64,000 bases of DNA from an uncultured Mycoplasmatota bacterium (lineage in GTDB: Bacteria > Bacillota_I > Bacilli_A > RF39 > UBA660), in the NCBI GenBank assembly GCA_946498375.1, contig CAMMOI010000001.1, forward strand, positions 8,433 through 72,432, in the 5' to 3' direction. The notes beneath the pieces were generated by a model. It was not told the origin of the DNA, searched no databases, and saw only the letters and a list, made by a program, of their open reading frames with translations. The position numbers were made by a program, and so were the translations under genes. Positions 44,370 through 54,166 of the stretch are shown here, piece by piece (within the stretch, counting starts at the first letter, position 1; each line of letters opens with the position of its first letter).

Positions 44370-44987
44370 TTAATGTTTCTTTTTTAATCTTTTTTTGTAA
44401 AATATATAGATAGCAACTACAAAGATAATTACTAATAAAATTACAACAATGTGTGAATAAGTATCAAAGATATTTAAAATAGATGTCCAGTTTTCGCCAA
44501 CCATCGATCCTATAACTACTAATACTATATTCCATATAGCTGAACCACAAGTTGTATATAATAAAAACTTAGTCATAGGCATTTCACTCATTCCAGCTGG
44601 TATAGAAATTAAGCTTCTTACAATTGGAATAAATCTACAAAAGAAAACAGTTTTATTTCCTTTAGTATCGAACCAATGATCGGCGTTGTCAATATCGCTG
44701 TTTTTTAGACGAATTATTTTTCCAATTTTACCCGAAAGAATTTTTTTAAGTCTTTCTTTGTTGAAAATTTTTCCAATATAGTATAAAACAATAGCACCAA
44801 CTACTGATCCTAAAGTTGAGGCTATAACCATCCCTATAACATTTAATTTGGTATAGGTAGTCATAAATCCGCCAAAAAGCAAGATTACTTCAGATGGAAT
44901 AGGCGGGAAAATATTTTCAATTGCGATTAATAAAAAGACTCCTAAGTATCCAAATTTATTCATTATTGATAAGATTAATTGTTGCAT
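44370..44987 (-). CDS. DedA-family membrane protein
   Basis: DedA/SNARE-associated signature FFCRFIPIVRSLISIPAGMSEMP and N-terminal GYLGVFLLIAIENIFPPIPSEVIL. Confidence 0.75.
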   Translation of the reverse strand: MQQLILSIMNKFGYLGVFLLIAIENIFPPIPSEVILLFGGFMTTYTKLNVIGMVIASTLGSVVGAIVLYYIGKIFNKERLKKILSGKIGKIIRLKNSDIDNADHWFDTKGNKTVFFCRFIPIVRSLISIPAGMSEMPMTKFLLYTTCGSAIWNIVLVVIGSMVGENWTSILNIFDTYSHIVVILLVIIFVVAIYIFYKKRLKKKH

Positions 44988-45229
44988 TTATATTCTCCTT
45001 TTTAAATATTTGAGGTTAAGTATTTAAACTCACTTTATATTATACATTATTTGTAATTTTAAAGCATCATTTTTTAAGTATTTTAATTTAAATCTTTGTT
45101 TAACAAACTAGTTTACTAACATTTAATCTATTGTAAATAGAACGTAAATTAGTTTAAGTAATAATAATATTTAGTAAAAATATGTTACAATATACGAACT
45201 ATATATAATTTTTAAAGGGAAGGAAATTA

Positions 45230-45931
45230 ATGAGTAAAATTATTATTTATGATTTTGATGGTACTTTAACTCCTTATACATTGCCTCATTTTGAAATTTT
45301 ACAAAAGTGTGGTTATGCTAAAGGATTAGATGATGAAAAATTTCAAAGAATAGTTACTAATAAAATCAAAAAGGGAATTAGTTCATATAAAGCAAGTTAT
45401 GATACTTATTTTGAAGTATTAAAAGAAAATAATATTGATTTAAATTATGAAAATATTATTTTGGGATCTAAAAAGATAAAGTATAATAAAGGCGTAAAAA
45501 GTTATTTAAAATATTTATCTTCTAAAAATGTTAAAAATTATCTATTAAGTTCAGGAATTTTTGAATACTTAGATAATATATCTTTAAAAGATTATTTTAC
45601 CAAAATTTATGCTACAACATTGCATTTTAGCTGTGGTAAAGCTATTGGAATAAAAAAATTAATGACTGATGAAGAAAAAGTAAAAGTAGTTGAAGATATT
45701 GTTAAGATCAATAGATTAACTAATTGTAAAGATATAATTTATATTGGTGATGGCTTAACTGATTACAAAGCTATGAAATATGTTAAAGAAAATCAAGGAA
45801 TTTCGATTTTAGTTTATCATGATTTAAAAAAATGTCCCAATAGGAAAATGGAAGAAGTCATTACCAAATCTTTTAAAGCAGATTTTCGTATATATAAACC
45901 ATTATTTAAATATATAAAAAGCTTACTATAA
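45230..45931 (+). CDS. HAD-superfamily hydrolase
   Basis: Motif I IIYDFDGTLT, motif III Lys region, motif IV IYIGDGLTDYKAM. Confidence 0.6.
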   Translation: MSKIIIYDFDGTLTPYTLPHFEILQKCGYAKGLDDEKFQRIVTNKIKKGISSYKASYDTYFEVLKENNIDLNYENIILGSKKIKYNKGVKSYLKYLSSKNVKNYLLSSGIFEYLDNISLKDYFTKIYATTLHFSCGKAIGIKKLMTDEEKVKVVEDIVKINRLTNCKDIIYIGDGLTDYKAMKYVKENQGISILVYHDLKKCPNRKMEEVITKSFKADFRIYKPLFKYIKSLL

Positions 45932-45993
45932 TAACTATTTATTTTCATTTAATTGCTAAACCATTAATTTATGTTTATAATAACTACAAGGAT

Positions 45994-47136
45994 GTGAATA
46001 AAATGGTTTATCTTGATTATGCCGCATCAACACCCGTTGATGAGAAAGTATTAAACAGTTTTATAAAAGTAACTAAAAAATACTATGCTAATCCTAATTC
46101 GACTCATGATTTAGGATTAGCAGCTTCTAATTTAATAACTGAAAGTAGTAAAAATATTGCAGAAATTTTAGGGTGTACAGCTGATGAGTTAATTTATACA
46201 AGTGGAGCAACGGAAGCTAATAACTTAGTAATAAAAGGGATATGTCAAAAATATCAATCTTATGGAAAGCATATAATTTTATCTAATATAGAACATTCAT
46301 CTTTAATTGCGCCAGCTACTTATATGCAGAAACTTGGTTTTGAAGTAGACTTAATTGAAGTAAATAGTGAAGGCTTAATAGATATAAAAAAATTAGAAAA
46401 AATGATACGAGAAGATACTATTTTAGTAAGTATTTGTTCAATTGATAGTGAAGTAGGTATTATTCAACCAATTGAACAAATAGCTTCCCTTTTAAAAAAA
46501 TATCCAAATTGTTTTTTTCATACTGATGCATCTCAAGCAATTGGCAAAATTAATATTGATTTTACAAATGTTGATTTAATAACTATTGCTCCTCATAAAT
46601 TTTATGGAATGAATGGAGTGGGGTTGCTTGTAAAAAGAAAACAAGTGAGTTTAATTCCTCTTATTCACGGAGGAAAATCAACAACTATTTATCGTAGCGG
46701 AACCCCAGTAGTTGCAAATGTTACATCCTTAGAATTAGCTTTAAAAATAGCATATGATAAATTACAACAACGATCAACTTATGTTTCCAAATTAAATGAG
46801 TTATTAAAAAATAGTTTAACTAAATATTCTAAAGTGCATATTAATAGTATTAAAAATTGTGTTCCTTTTACTTTAAATATTAGCATAAAATCGATTGATT
46901 CTAACGTATTTGCACAAGCCCTTGCTAAAGAAAACATATATGTATCTACTAAATCAGCATGCAGTTCTAATCAACCATTATCTAAAGTTGTTTTGGCAAT
47001 TACGCAAGATGAAGATCTTGCAAGATCTTCATTAAGAATTAGTCTTTCTCATTTGACTACTATAGATCAGATAAATACATTTTTACAAGTTTTTGATAAA
47101 ATATATAAGGAATGTTGTTATGATGGAAAAATATAA
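45994..47136 (+). CDS. cysteine desulfurase (class V aminotransferase, NifS/IscS-like)
   Basis: MVYLDYAASTPVD, SGATEANN, PLP-lysine region IAPHKFYGMNGVGLL, active-site Cys near SACSSNQ. Confidence 0.8.
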   Translation: MNKMVYLDYAASTPVDEKVLNSFIKVTKKYYANPNSTHDLGLAASNLITESSKNIAEILGCTADELIYTSGATEANNLVIKGICQKYQSYGKHIILSNIEHSSLIAPATYMQKLGFEVDLIEVNSEGLIDIKKLEKMIREDTILVSICSIDSEVGIIQPIEQIASLLKKYPNCFFHTDASQAIGKINIDFTNVDLITIAPHKFYGMNGVGLLVKRKQVSLIPLIHGGKSTTIYRSGTPVVANVTSLELALKIAYDKLQQRSTYVSKLNELLKNSLTKYSKVHINSIKNCVPFTLNISIKSIDSNVFAQALAKENIYVSTKSACSSNQPLSKVVLAITQDEDLARSSLRISLSHLTTIDQINTFLQVFDKIYKECCYDGKI

Positions 47137-47944
47137 AGAAATAGAAAGAAGTATAATCAAAAAATATCGTAAAGAGATATGGGCAAGATTTGTAAAAGCA
47201 GTAAAAGATTATCGCTTAATTGAAGAAAATGATAACATAATGGTATGTTTAAGTGGGGGCAAAGACTCTTTTTTACTTGCTAAATGTATTCAAGAACTGG
47301 CTAGACACGGTGATGTTCAATTTGAAGCTAGATATGTAGTAATGGATCCAGGATATAATAATGTTAATTTGCAATATATTAAAAAAAATGCTGAAATATT
47401 AAGAATACCTATTGAAATATTCAAAAGCGATATATTTGAAGTTTTAAACAAAACCCAAGCAAAAAGTCCTTGCTATTTGTGTGCAAGAATGCGCAGAGGT
47501 CATTTATATAATAAAGCCTTAGAACTAGGATGCAATAAAATAGCTTTAGGACATCATTTTGACGATGTTATTGAAACAACACTTTTATCAATGTTTTATG
47601 GGGCTGAAGTTAAAACAATGCTTCCAAAATTACATAGTGATAATTTTAAAGGGGTTGATTTAATTCGACCTTTATATTTGGTTAAGGAAATGAATATTAT
47701 TTCCTGGGTCAACTATAATAAATTAAATTTTATTAATTGTGCTTGCCCACTTATGGAAAATAAAATAGTAGGTGAGGGAATAAATAGTAAAAGACAAGAA
47801 ATTAAAGATTTAATAAAATTTTTAAAAAAGACTCATAAGGACATTGATAATAATATATTTAAAGCCTTAGATAATATAAATTTAAATTGTGTATTAGGTT
47901 ATCATAAAGATCAAAAACGTCATACTTTTTTAGATGATTTTTAA
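47120..47944 (+). CDS. TtcA/TtuA-like PP-loop tRNA thiolation ATPase
   Basis: PP-loop VCLSGGKDS. Cys motifs CYLCARMRR and CACP. ATG 47120 overlaps the cysteine desulfurase 3' end. Confidence 0.6.
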   Translation: MMEKYKEIERSIIKKYRKEIWARFVKAVKDYRLIEENDNIMVCLSGGKDSFLLAKCIQELARHGDVQFEARYVVMDPGYNNVNLQYIKKNAEILRIPIEIFKSDIFEVLNKTQAKSPCYLCARMRRGHLYNKALELGCNKIALGHHFDDVIETTLLSMFYGAEVKTMLPKLHSDNFKGVDLIRPLYLVKEMNIISWVNYNKLNFINCACPLMENKIVGEGINSKRQEIKDLIKFLKKTHKDIDNNIFKALDNINLNCVLGYHKDQKRHTFLDDF

Positions 47945-47967
47945 AAATAATAAAATAAGATAATATT

Positions 47968-48858
47968 TTATCCTATTTTATTTGCAAAAAAATTTAATAT
48001 AGGCTCATCACCTTTTATTATCTCTTTATCAACATATATGGTGTTGTTTTTTTTAATTTTAAATTTCCATTTTACTAAAGTTATTTTACCATTTTGAATT
48101 TCTAAACAAGTTATTCCGCTAGGGTAAATACATGATCCATCATTAAAATATAGGCTATTGCCAGTTTTAGGAAATATAGCTCTATGAGTATGTCCAGCAA
48201 TTAATATTTTATTATTTTTAATACTCCAATTTTCTAATCTTTTTTCTACTTTTTTGGTAACTTTATAATTTTTAGCAGCACTAGTTGGATCTTTAAAACC
48301 TAATCGTTCAATATTTTTCCATATATATCTTACTAAAAATTTAGCAAGAAGCCAAAATTGGCTATTTAATAAATCTACTTGATGACCATGAAGCATAAAA
48401 ATATCATAATTATAATAATTTAAAATTAGTGCTTCATCAACTTCTAAATTATTAAGCAAGTATTCTTCTTTTTCATTAACTTCATCATAAAATTTATAAA
48501 AATATTTCTTTAAAATTTTAGATGATTTTTTTCCTTTATCATGATTACCATATACCATGAATAGACGATTTGAATCATGAAATTTTTTTAATAATTTGAA
48601 AGCATCTATATTTTCTTGAATAATTTCTTGATAATTTTTTACTTCCCACATCTCATCGCCATCACCAAGTTCTATATAAGTAAAATCATTATCAAAATAG
48701 TAATTTAAAGCAGATATAAAAATATTTTTGTTTTTCATAAAGTTATCAAAATTATTTCCGGATCCTCGGTGACAATCACTCATTATAACTATTTTAGAAT
48801 TATTATCTATTTTTATTTTTTTAGCATTTTTATATATTTTAGTTAAATTCTTTTTCAT
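47968..48858 (-). CDS. calcineurin-like metallophosphoesterase
   Basis: Motifs IVIMSDCHRGSG, GDGDEMW, MVYGNHD, and GHTHR. Confidence 0.6.
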   Translation of the reverse strand: MKKNLTKIYKNAKKIKIDNNSKIVIMSDCHRGSGNNFDNFMKNKNIFISALNYYFDNDFTYIELGDGDEMWEVKNYQEIIQENIDAFKLLKKFHDSNRLFMVYGNHDKGKKSSKILKKYFYKFYDEVNEKEEYLLNNLEVDEALILNYYNYDIFMLHGHQVDLLNSQFWLLAKFLVRYIWKNIERLGFKDPTSAAKNYKVTKKVEKRLENWSIKNNKILIAGHTHRAIFPKTGNSLYFNDGSCIYPSGITCLEIQNGKITLVKWKFKIKKNNTIYVDKEIIKGDEPILNFFANKIG

Positions 48859-48860
48859 TA

Positions 48861-49685
48861 TTATTTTACTTTTCTATTTATTTTTTTAATCAATTTATTT
48901 AGCTTTAATTTCTTTTCTTGAGTATCATTTGTACTTATTGCATCTGCTAAAAATTCGTTATATAAGTTAACATTGCGACGATTTAAATAATTAATAATGG
49001 CATCCGATAACCAATTTCTAGTCCATACTTTACGAGTTTTAGGTTTTTTATATAAAAAGCAAAAAGTATTATCAATAATTTTATAATCTTTAGATTTATA
49101 TCCTATTTTTTTAAAAGCAGTTAAAAATGCTTCTAACATTTCTTTGTTTTTAAAAGTTAAATTGATGTCCATATCAAGCTCTTTAGGTTTAGAAAACATT
49201 CCTAATTTAAAAGCTGTTAGCCACCAGTGTTTAGCACTAACATGTATTATTTTTTGATTATTTTTATATAGACTAAAGCTCATATTTAACATATCTTCTT
49301 GATTTATTGGTTTATAAACTACTTTTTTATTAACTTTTTTTTGCCTTGTATAATAAATGCCGATTTCAGCTCCGGTTACGATTCCATATTGTCCTTTCCA
49401 AAAAGTAATTAACCAATTTTTATTATCATAAAAAAACTTTATTGGTTCAGTATCAATAATCATGCGAAAAATAGGAGCTGCAACATCATAAAGGTGAGTA
49501 TAGCCAAAATTTTTTTGCCATGCATTTTTTGTTGAATAAAATAAATCTTTTTGGGCATCGTAGGAAAATCCAGCAATTGATAGTTCTTCATAAGAAAATT
49601 TGCCATATTTTTTTACTAAAATATTAAGACTTATTTTAATAAAAATAAAAATGATAGGAATTAATATTAAACAAAATAAAAACAT
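48861..49685 (-). CDS. membrane-anchored hypothetical protein (possibly DUF4474-like)
   Basis: N-terminal TM, Trp/Tyr-rich soluble domain (WKGQYGIVTGAEIGIYY). Family assignment from memory only. Confidence 0.3.
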   Translation of the reverse strand: MFLFCLILIPIIFIFIKISLNILVKKYGKFSYEELSIAGFSYDAQKDLFYSTKNAWQKNFGYTHLYDVAAPIFRMIIDTEPIKFFYDNKNWLITFWKGQYGIVTGAEIGIYYTRQKKVNKKVVYKPINQEDMLNMSFSLYKNNQKIIHVSAKHWWLTAFKLGMFSKPKELDMDINLTFKNKEMLEAFLTAFKKIGYKSKDYKIIDNTFCFLYKKPKTRKVWTRNWLSDAIINYLNRRNVNLYNEFLADAISTNDTQEKKLKLNKLIKKINRKVK

Positions 49686-49829
49686 TTAATCACTTCCGTA
49701 TCTAATTTATAATATGCTGAATTAAACTAAGTCTGTAAGGACGAAAACAATAATAAGTTCTTAATTTTATAAAATTTGTGAAAAAATTTAAGAATATGGT
49801 ATACTACATATAGAATAAAGAGGTATAAA

Positions 49830-51380
49830 ATGAAACAAGATAATCTGACAAGGTTTAAACAAATATTAAAAATTATAAAACAAAGCGATATAATTCATGG
49901 ACTTACTCCTGAAAAATTATATGACATGATAGTTAAATTGGGGCCAACCTTTATTAAACTTGGTCAAATTCTATCAACTAGGGTAGATCTATTTCCTGAG
50001 GAATATATAAAAAAACTTTCTCAACTTCGAAGTAAAGTAGCACCGATTGATTTTTTAAAAATAGAAGCCATATTAAATAAGTCGTATGGCAATTATCATA
50101 ATATTTTTAAATACGTAGATTCTAAAGCTTTAGGTTCAGCATCAATTGCTCAAGTACATAAAGCAATCCTAAAAGATGATACTCAAGTAGTAATTAAAAT
50201 AAAAAAGCCAGATATTGAAAAAATTATGATTCAAGATATTAATCTTTTTCAAAAAGCAATAAAAACTTTAAAATTAAATAAATTTATTAAAGTCATTAAC
50301 TTAAATGAAGTATTAGAACAAGTAAAATCATCTGTTTTAGAAGAAACAAACTTTTTAAAAGAAGCCAATAATTTAATAAAATTTAGCAAAAACCAACAAG
50401 ATATTAAATATATTAGCTCTCCCAAAATTTATCCTGATTTATCTAATAATGATTGCATTGTCATGGAATATATTAAAGGAATTAAAATAGATAATATAAA
50501 AAAATTATCTAAACAAGGCTATGATTTAAAACAAATAGCATCTTTAGTTGGAGTAAATTATATTAAACAAGCTTTAGAGGATGGCTTTTTTCATGCTGAT
50601 CCTCATCCAGATAATATATTAATATCTTATGATAAAATAATGTTTATTGATTTGGGCATGATGGGTAAAATTACGCCTAAAAATCAAAAATTACTATCTA
50701 AATGTGTTAGAGCAATAGTAAATAATGATTATCATTCTGTAACTGATATTTTAATTGAAATGTCTAAGACTTTAGAAGAATTTGATTACAATGAATTAAA
50801 AAATGATATTCAAAATATTTTAGAAGAATTTCAAAATACAGCTTTAGAAGATATTCAAGCTAGTAAATTTTTTAATCAAATGTTTATAATTTTGCAAAAC
50901 AATCATTTAATGCTTGATAAAGATGTTACACTCTTAGTAAGAGGAATAATTATTATAGAAGGTGTACTTAAAAATTTAGATCCAACTATTAGTTTATATA
51001 CTATACTAGAAGAAAGTATTCTTTATTCTAATACGACTAAAAAGCAAATTTTTGATAATTTAAAAGACGTTAATAAAAAAATATCTCAATGCGGCAATAG
51101 TTTGATTTCTTTACCAAAAGAATTAAATAATTTAATAAAAGATTTAAATAATGGGAAAATAAAATTTAATTTTGAATTAGCTAATTCGAATAAACAAGTT
51201 GATAAAATTGAATCTTTAGTTCATGAATTAATTTTAGGCTTTATTGATGGATGCCTAATTATAAGCGCAAGTATAGTTGATGAGGCTTATATTAAATTAG
51301 TATTTATTTTATTTATTATAATTGTATCATCTATATTAGTTACTAAGATAATTATTGATCACAACCATCATGGGTATTAA
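49830..51380 (+). CDS. ABC1/UbiB-family atypical protein kinase
   Basis: KLGQILSTRVDLFPEEY, LGSASIAQVHKA, FHADPHPDNIL, FIDLGMMG motifs. C-terminal TM. Confidence 0.75.
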   Translation: MKQDNLTRFKQILKIIKQSDIIHGLTPEKLYDMIVKLGPTFIKLGQILSTRVDLFPEEYIKKLSQLRSKVAPIDFLKIEAILNKSYGNYHNIFKYVDSKALGSASIAQVHKAILKDDTQVVIKIKKPDIEKIMIQDINLFQKAIKTLKLNKFIKVINLNEVLEQVKSSVLEETNFLKEANNLIKFSKNQQDIKYISSPKIYPDLSNNDCIVMEYIKGIKIDNIKKLSKQGYDLKQIASLVGVNYIKQALEDGFFHADPHPDNILISYDKIMFIDLGMMGKITPKNQKLLSKCVRAIVNNDYHSVTDILIEMSKTLEEFDYNELKNDIQNILEEFQNTALEDIQASKFFNQMFIILQNNHLMLDKDVTLLVRGIIIIEGVLKNLDPTISLYTILEESILYSNTTKKQIFDNLKDVNKKISQCGNSLISLPKELNNLIKDLNNGKIKFNFELANSNKQVDKIESLVHELILGFIDGCLIISASIVDEAYIKLVFILFIIIVSSILVTKIIIDHNHHGY

Positions 51381-51435
51381 ACTTCATGCTTGCTTAAGTA
51401 TGTAGTTTTTTTATATAATGAAATAGGTGATATAA

Positions 51436-52416
51436 ATGGGTTTGTTTGATAAATTAAAAACTCTTGTTAAGAAAAAAGAAAAACAAGATTCAGAGGAAAT
51501 AAAAATATATGAAAAGGGTTTAGAAAAAACACGTGATGAATTTGTTTCACAACTAAATGTTTTAGGAATTAAGTATACTAAGGTAAGTGAAGAATATTTC
51601 GAAGAATTAGAAGAATTACTAATAATGGCAGATATTGGAGTTAAAACCGTTGTAGAATTTATTGAGAGACTAAAAAAACGTGTTAAAGAAGAAAAAATAA
51701 TAGATACTAAATATTTAAATGAGGTTATTATTGATGAATTGTTTATTATCTATGTTGAAGGGCAATCATTAACTGATAAGATAAATGAAGCAAAAGATGG
51801 CCCAACAGTAATATTATTTGTAGGGGTAAATGGGGTAGGTAAAACTACTACCATTGGAAAATTAGCATATAAGTATAATCAAAAGCATAAAAAAGTTATG
51901 TTAATAGCAGGAGATACTTTTAGAGCAGGAGCTGTAGAACAATTACGAGAATGGGCAGATAAAACAAATTCGCTATTTTACGGAAAAGAAAATACGGATC
52001 CTGCCGGAGTTGTTTATGATGGCTTAGAAAAAGCATTAGAACAAAAAGTTGATATAGTTTTAATTGATACTGCTGGACGTTTGCAAAATAAAATAAATTT
52101 AATGAAAGAATTAGAAAAAATTAATAAAGTAATTGAAAAACATATTCCTAAAGCTCCCCATGAAACTTTACTAGTAATTGATGCAACTACTGGTCAAAAT
52201 GGAATAAGCCAAGCTAAAAGTTTTAAAGAAATTACTAATGTTAGTGGAATAGTTTTAACTAAATTAGATGGAACGGCTAAAGGGGGAATAGTACTAGCTA
52301 TTAAAGAAGAGGTAAATATTCCTGTCAAATTTATTGGTTTAGGAGAAAAAGCTGAAGATTTACAAAATTTTGATATTGAAAATTATATTTATGGATTATT
52401 TAAAGATTTAATGTAA
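51436..52416 (+). CDS. ftsY: signal recognition particle receptor FtsY
   Basis: NG domain: [45 protein letters not shown]. Confidence 0.9.
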   Translation: MGLFDKLKTLVKKKEKQDSEEIKIYEKGLEKTRDEFVSQLNVLGIKYTKVSEEYFEELEELLIMADIGVKTVVEFIERLKKRVKEEKIIDTKYLNEVIIDELFIIYVEGQSLTDKINEAKDGPTVILFVGVNGVGKTTTIGKLAYKYNQKHKKVMLIAGDTFRAGAVEQLREWADKTNSLFYGKENTDPAGVVYDGLEKALEQKVDIVLIDTAGRLQNKINLMKELEKINKVIEKHIPKAPHETLLVIDATTGQNGISQAKSFKEITNVSGIVLTKLDGTAKGGIVLAIKEEVNIPVKFIGLGEKAEDLQNFDIENYIYGLFKDLM

Positions 52417-52428
52417 GGGTGGTTTTTT

Positions 52429-53100
52429 ATGAAAAGTAAAATTATAACTTTAGAGGGAACCGATGGTAGTGGGAAAACTACTCAATTAAATTTATCAATA
52501 AATAAATTAAAAGAAAAAGGACTTGATGTAACTTTTCATAGTTTTCCTCAATACGATAGGCCATCTAGTTATTTTATTAAAAATTATTTAAGTGGGGCTT
52601 ATGGTTTAAATCCAAATGATGTAAGTGCTCAAATATCTACAATTTTTTATGCTTTAGATAGATATGATGCTTTTAAAACTATTTTAAAAGAAGATTATCT
52701 AAATAATAAAAACTTTTTATTTGGAAGATTTACTGAATCTAATATTCTTCACCAAGCAACTAAAAAAAATACTCGTAAAGAAATAATCGATGTTGCTAAA
52801 TGGATATTTGATTTTGAACAAAATTTATTACAAATTCCTAAGAGTGATAAGGTTATATATCTATATTTAGAAAAGAAAGTTGCTTTAGAATTACTAAAAA
52901 ATAGAGTAGATAATGCAGGAATAAAAAATGATATTCATGAAGTGGATTTAGAATATCAAGATAAAGTGCGAAAATGTGGAATAATCCTTGCTGAATATTT
53001 TAATTGGGATGTAATAGAATGTTCAACTAATGGCAAAATAAGAAATAGAGAAGATATTAATGAAGAAATAATTAAAAAGATGTTAACTATTTACAAATAA
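52429..53100 (+). CDS. thymidylate kinase-like paralog with degenerate DRY motif
   Basis: P-loop LEGTDGSGKTTQ and SFPQYDRPSSYFIKNYL (eukaryote/archaeal-type FPxR.S..G..YL motif). The catalytic DRY position reads GRF (LFGRFTESN). Confidence 0.5.
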   Translation: MKSKIITLEGTDGSGKTTQLNLSINKLKEKGLDVTFHSFPQYDRPSSYFIKNYLSGAYGLNPNDVSAQISTIFYALDRYDAFKTILKEDYLNNKNFLFGRFTESNILHQATKKNTRKEIIDVAKWIFDFEQNLLQIPKSDKVIYLYLEKKVALELLKNRVDNAGIKNDIHEVDLEYQDKVRKCGIILAEYFNWDVIECSTNGKIRNREDINEEIIKKMLTIYK

Positions 53101-53109
53101 GGAGTAAAT

Positions 53110-53793
53110 ATGACAAAGGGAAGAATTATTGTAATTGAAGGAACTGATTGTTCAGGAAAAGAGACTCAAACCTCACTTTTATTTCAACATTTAAAAAGAA
53201 ATGGTAAAAAGGTTGAACGTTTTAGATTTCCCATGTATGAGTCTCCTACTGGTCAAATTGTGGGTGGACCCTATTTAGGAAAAAGTTATATTTCTGAAAG
53301 TTTTTTTAAAGAAGGCCCAGTTGAAGTTGATCCTAAAGTTGCCGCATTATATTATGCAGCAGATAGAAGATATAATATAAAAATGATTAATGATTATTTA
53401 AATGATGGATATGATGTTATTTTAGACCGTTATGTTGAAAGCAATATGGCTCACCAAGGGGCAAAATTATTTGATAAAAATAAACGTCAGGAGCTTTATA
53501 ATTGGTTAGAGAAACTAGAATATGAACTATTAGAACTACCTAAACCTGATTTAACTATATTTTTATATATGCCGTATCAAGAAGTTGCTAAATTAAAAGC
53601 CTTAAGAGCTGATGAATCAATAATGGATTTAAAAAATTTGGAATATATTAAAAATGCTGAATATACTTATCAAGAATTAGCTAAAATATATAATTTTATA
53701 ACTATAAATTGCATTAAAGATAATAAACTGCGTAAAATTGAAGATATCAACACTGAAATTTGTACTATAGTTGAAAATTATATAAAGAGGTAA
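53110..53793 (+). CDS. tmk: thymidylate kinase (dTMP kinase)
   Basis: P-loop IEGTDCSGKETQ, RFPMYESPTGQIVGGPYL, and intact DRY (ILDRYVESNMAHQG). Confidence 0.6.
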   Translation: MTKGRIIVIEGTDCSGKETQTSLLFQHLKRNGKKVERFRFPMYESPTGQIVGGPYLGKSYISESFFKEGPVEVDPKVAALYYAADRRYNIKMINDYLNDGYDVILDRYVESNMAHQGAKLFDKNKRQELYNWLEKLEYELLELPKPDLTIFLYMPYQEVAKLKALRADESIMDLKNLEYIKNAEYTYQELAKIYNFITINCIKDNKLRKIEDINTEICTIVENYIKR

Positions 53794-53796
53794 AAT

Positions 53797-54087
53797 ATGA
53801 ATAGAATTTATTTGAATGAGTTATTTGATTATTATAAATTATTACTTACACCAAAAGAAGTTAATATATTTATAGATTATTATGAAGAAGATTTAAGTTT
53901 ACAGGAAATAGCAGATAATTTAAATATAAGTAAATCAGCAGTTGGCAAGACATTAAAAACTGTAGAAAATAAGTTATTAAATTATGAAGAAAAATTACAG
54001 TTGAAGAAAAAAAATAGACAAATAAATGAGCTTTTGTATCAAAAAGTAGATAGTAATTTATTAGAAAAAATAAATGAAATAATTTAA
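53797..54087 (+). CDS. ylxM: UPF0122 YlxM-family DNA-binding protein
   Basis: 96 aa with sigma-70 region-4-like HTH (LSLQEIADNLNISKSAVGKTLK). Sits near ftsY as in the Bacillus ftsY/ylxM/ffh region, but ffh is not present downstream. Confidence 0.65.
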   Translation: MNRIYLNELFDYYKLLLTPKEVNIFIDYYEEDLSLQEIADNLNISKSAVGKTLKTVENKLLNYEEKLQLKKKNRQINELLYQKVDSNLLEKINEII

Positions 54088-54166
54088 AATTTGATTAATG
54101 ATAAAAGTATGAAATATAAAATAATAAGAATAATAAAATTGAAATAATTATAGAAAGAATGATTAG

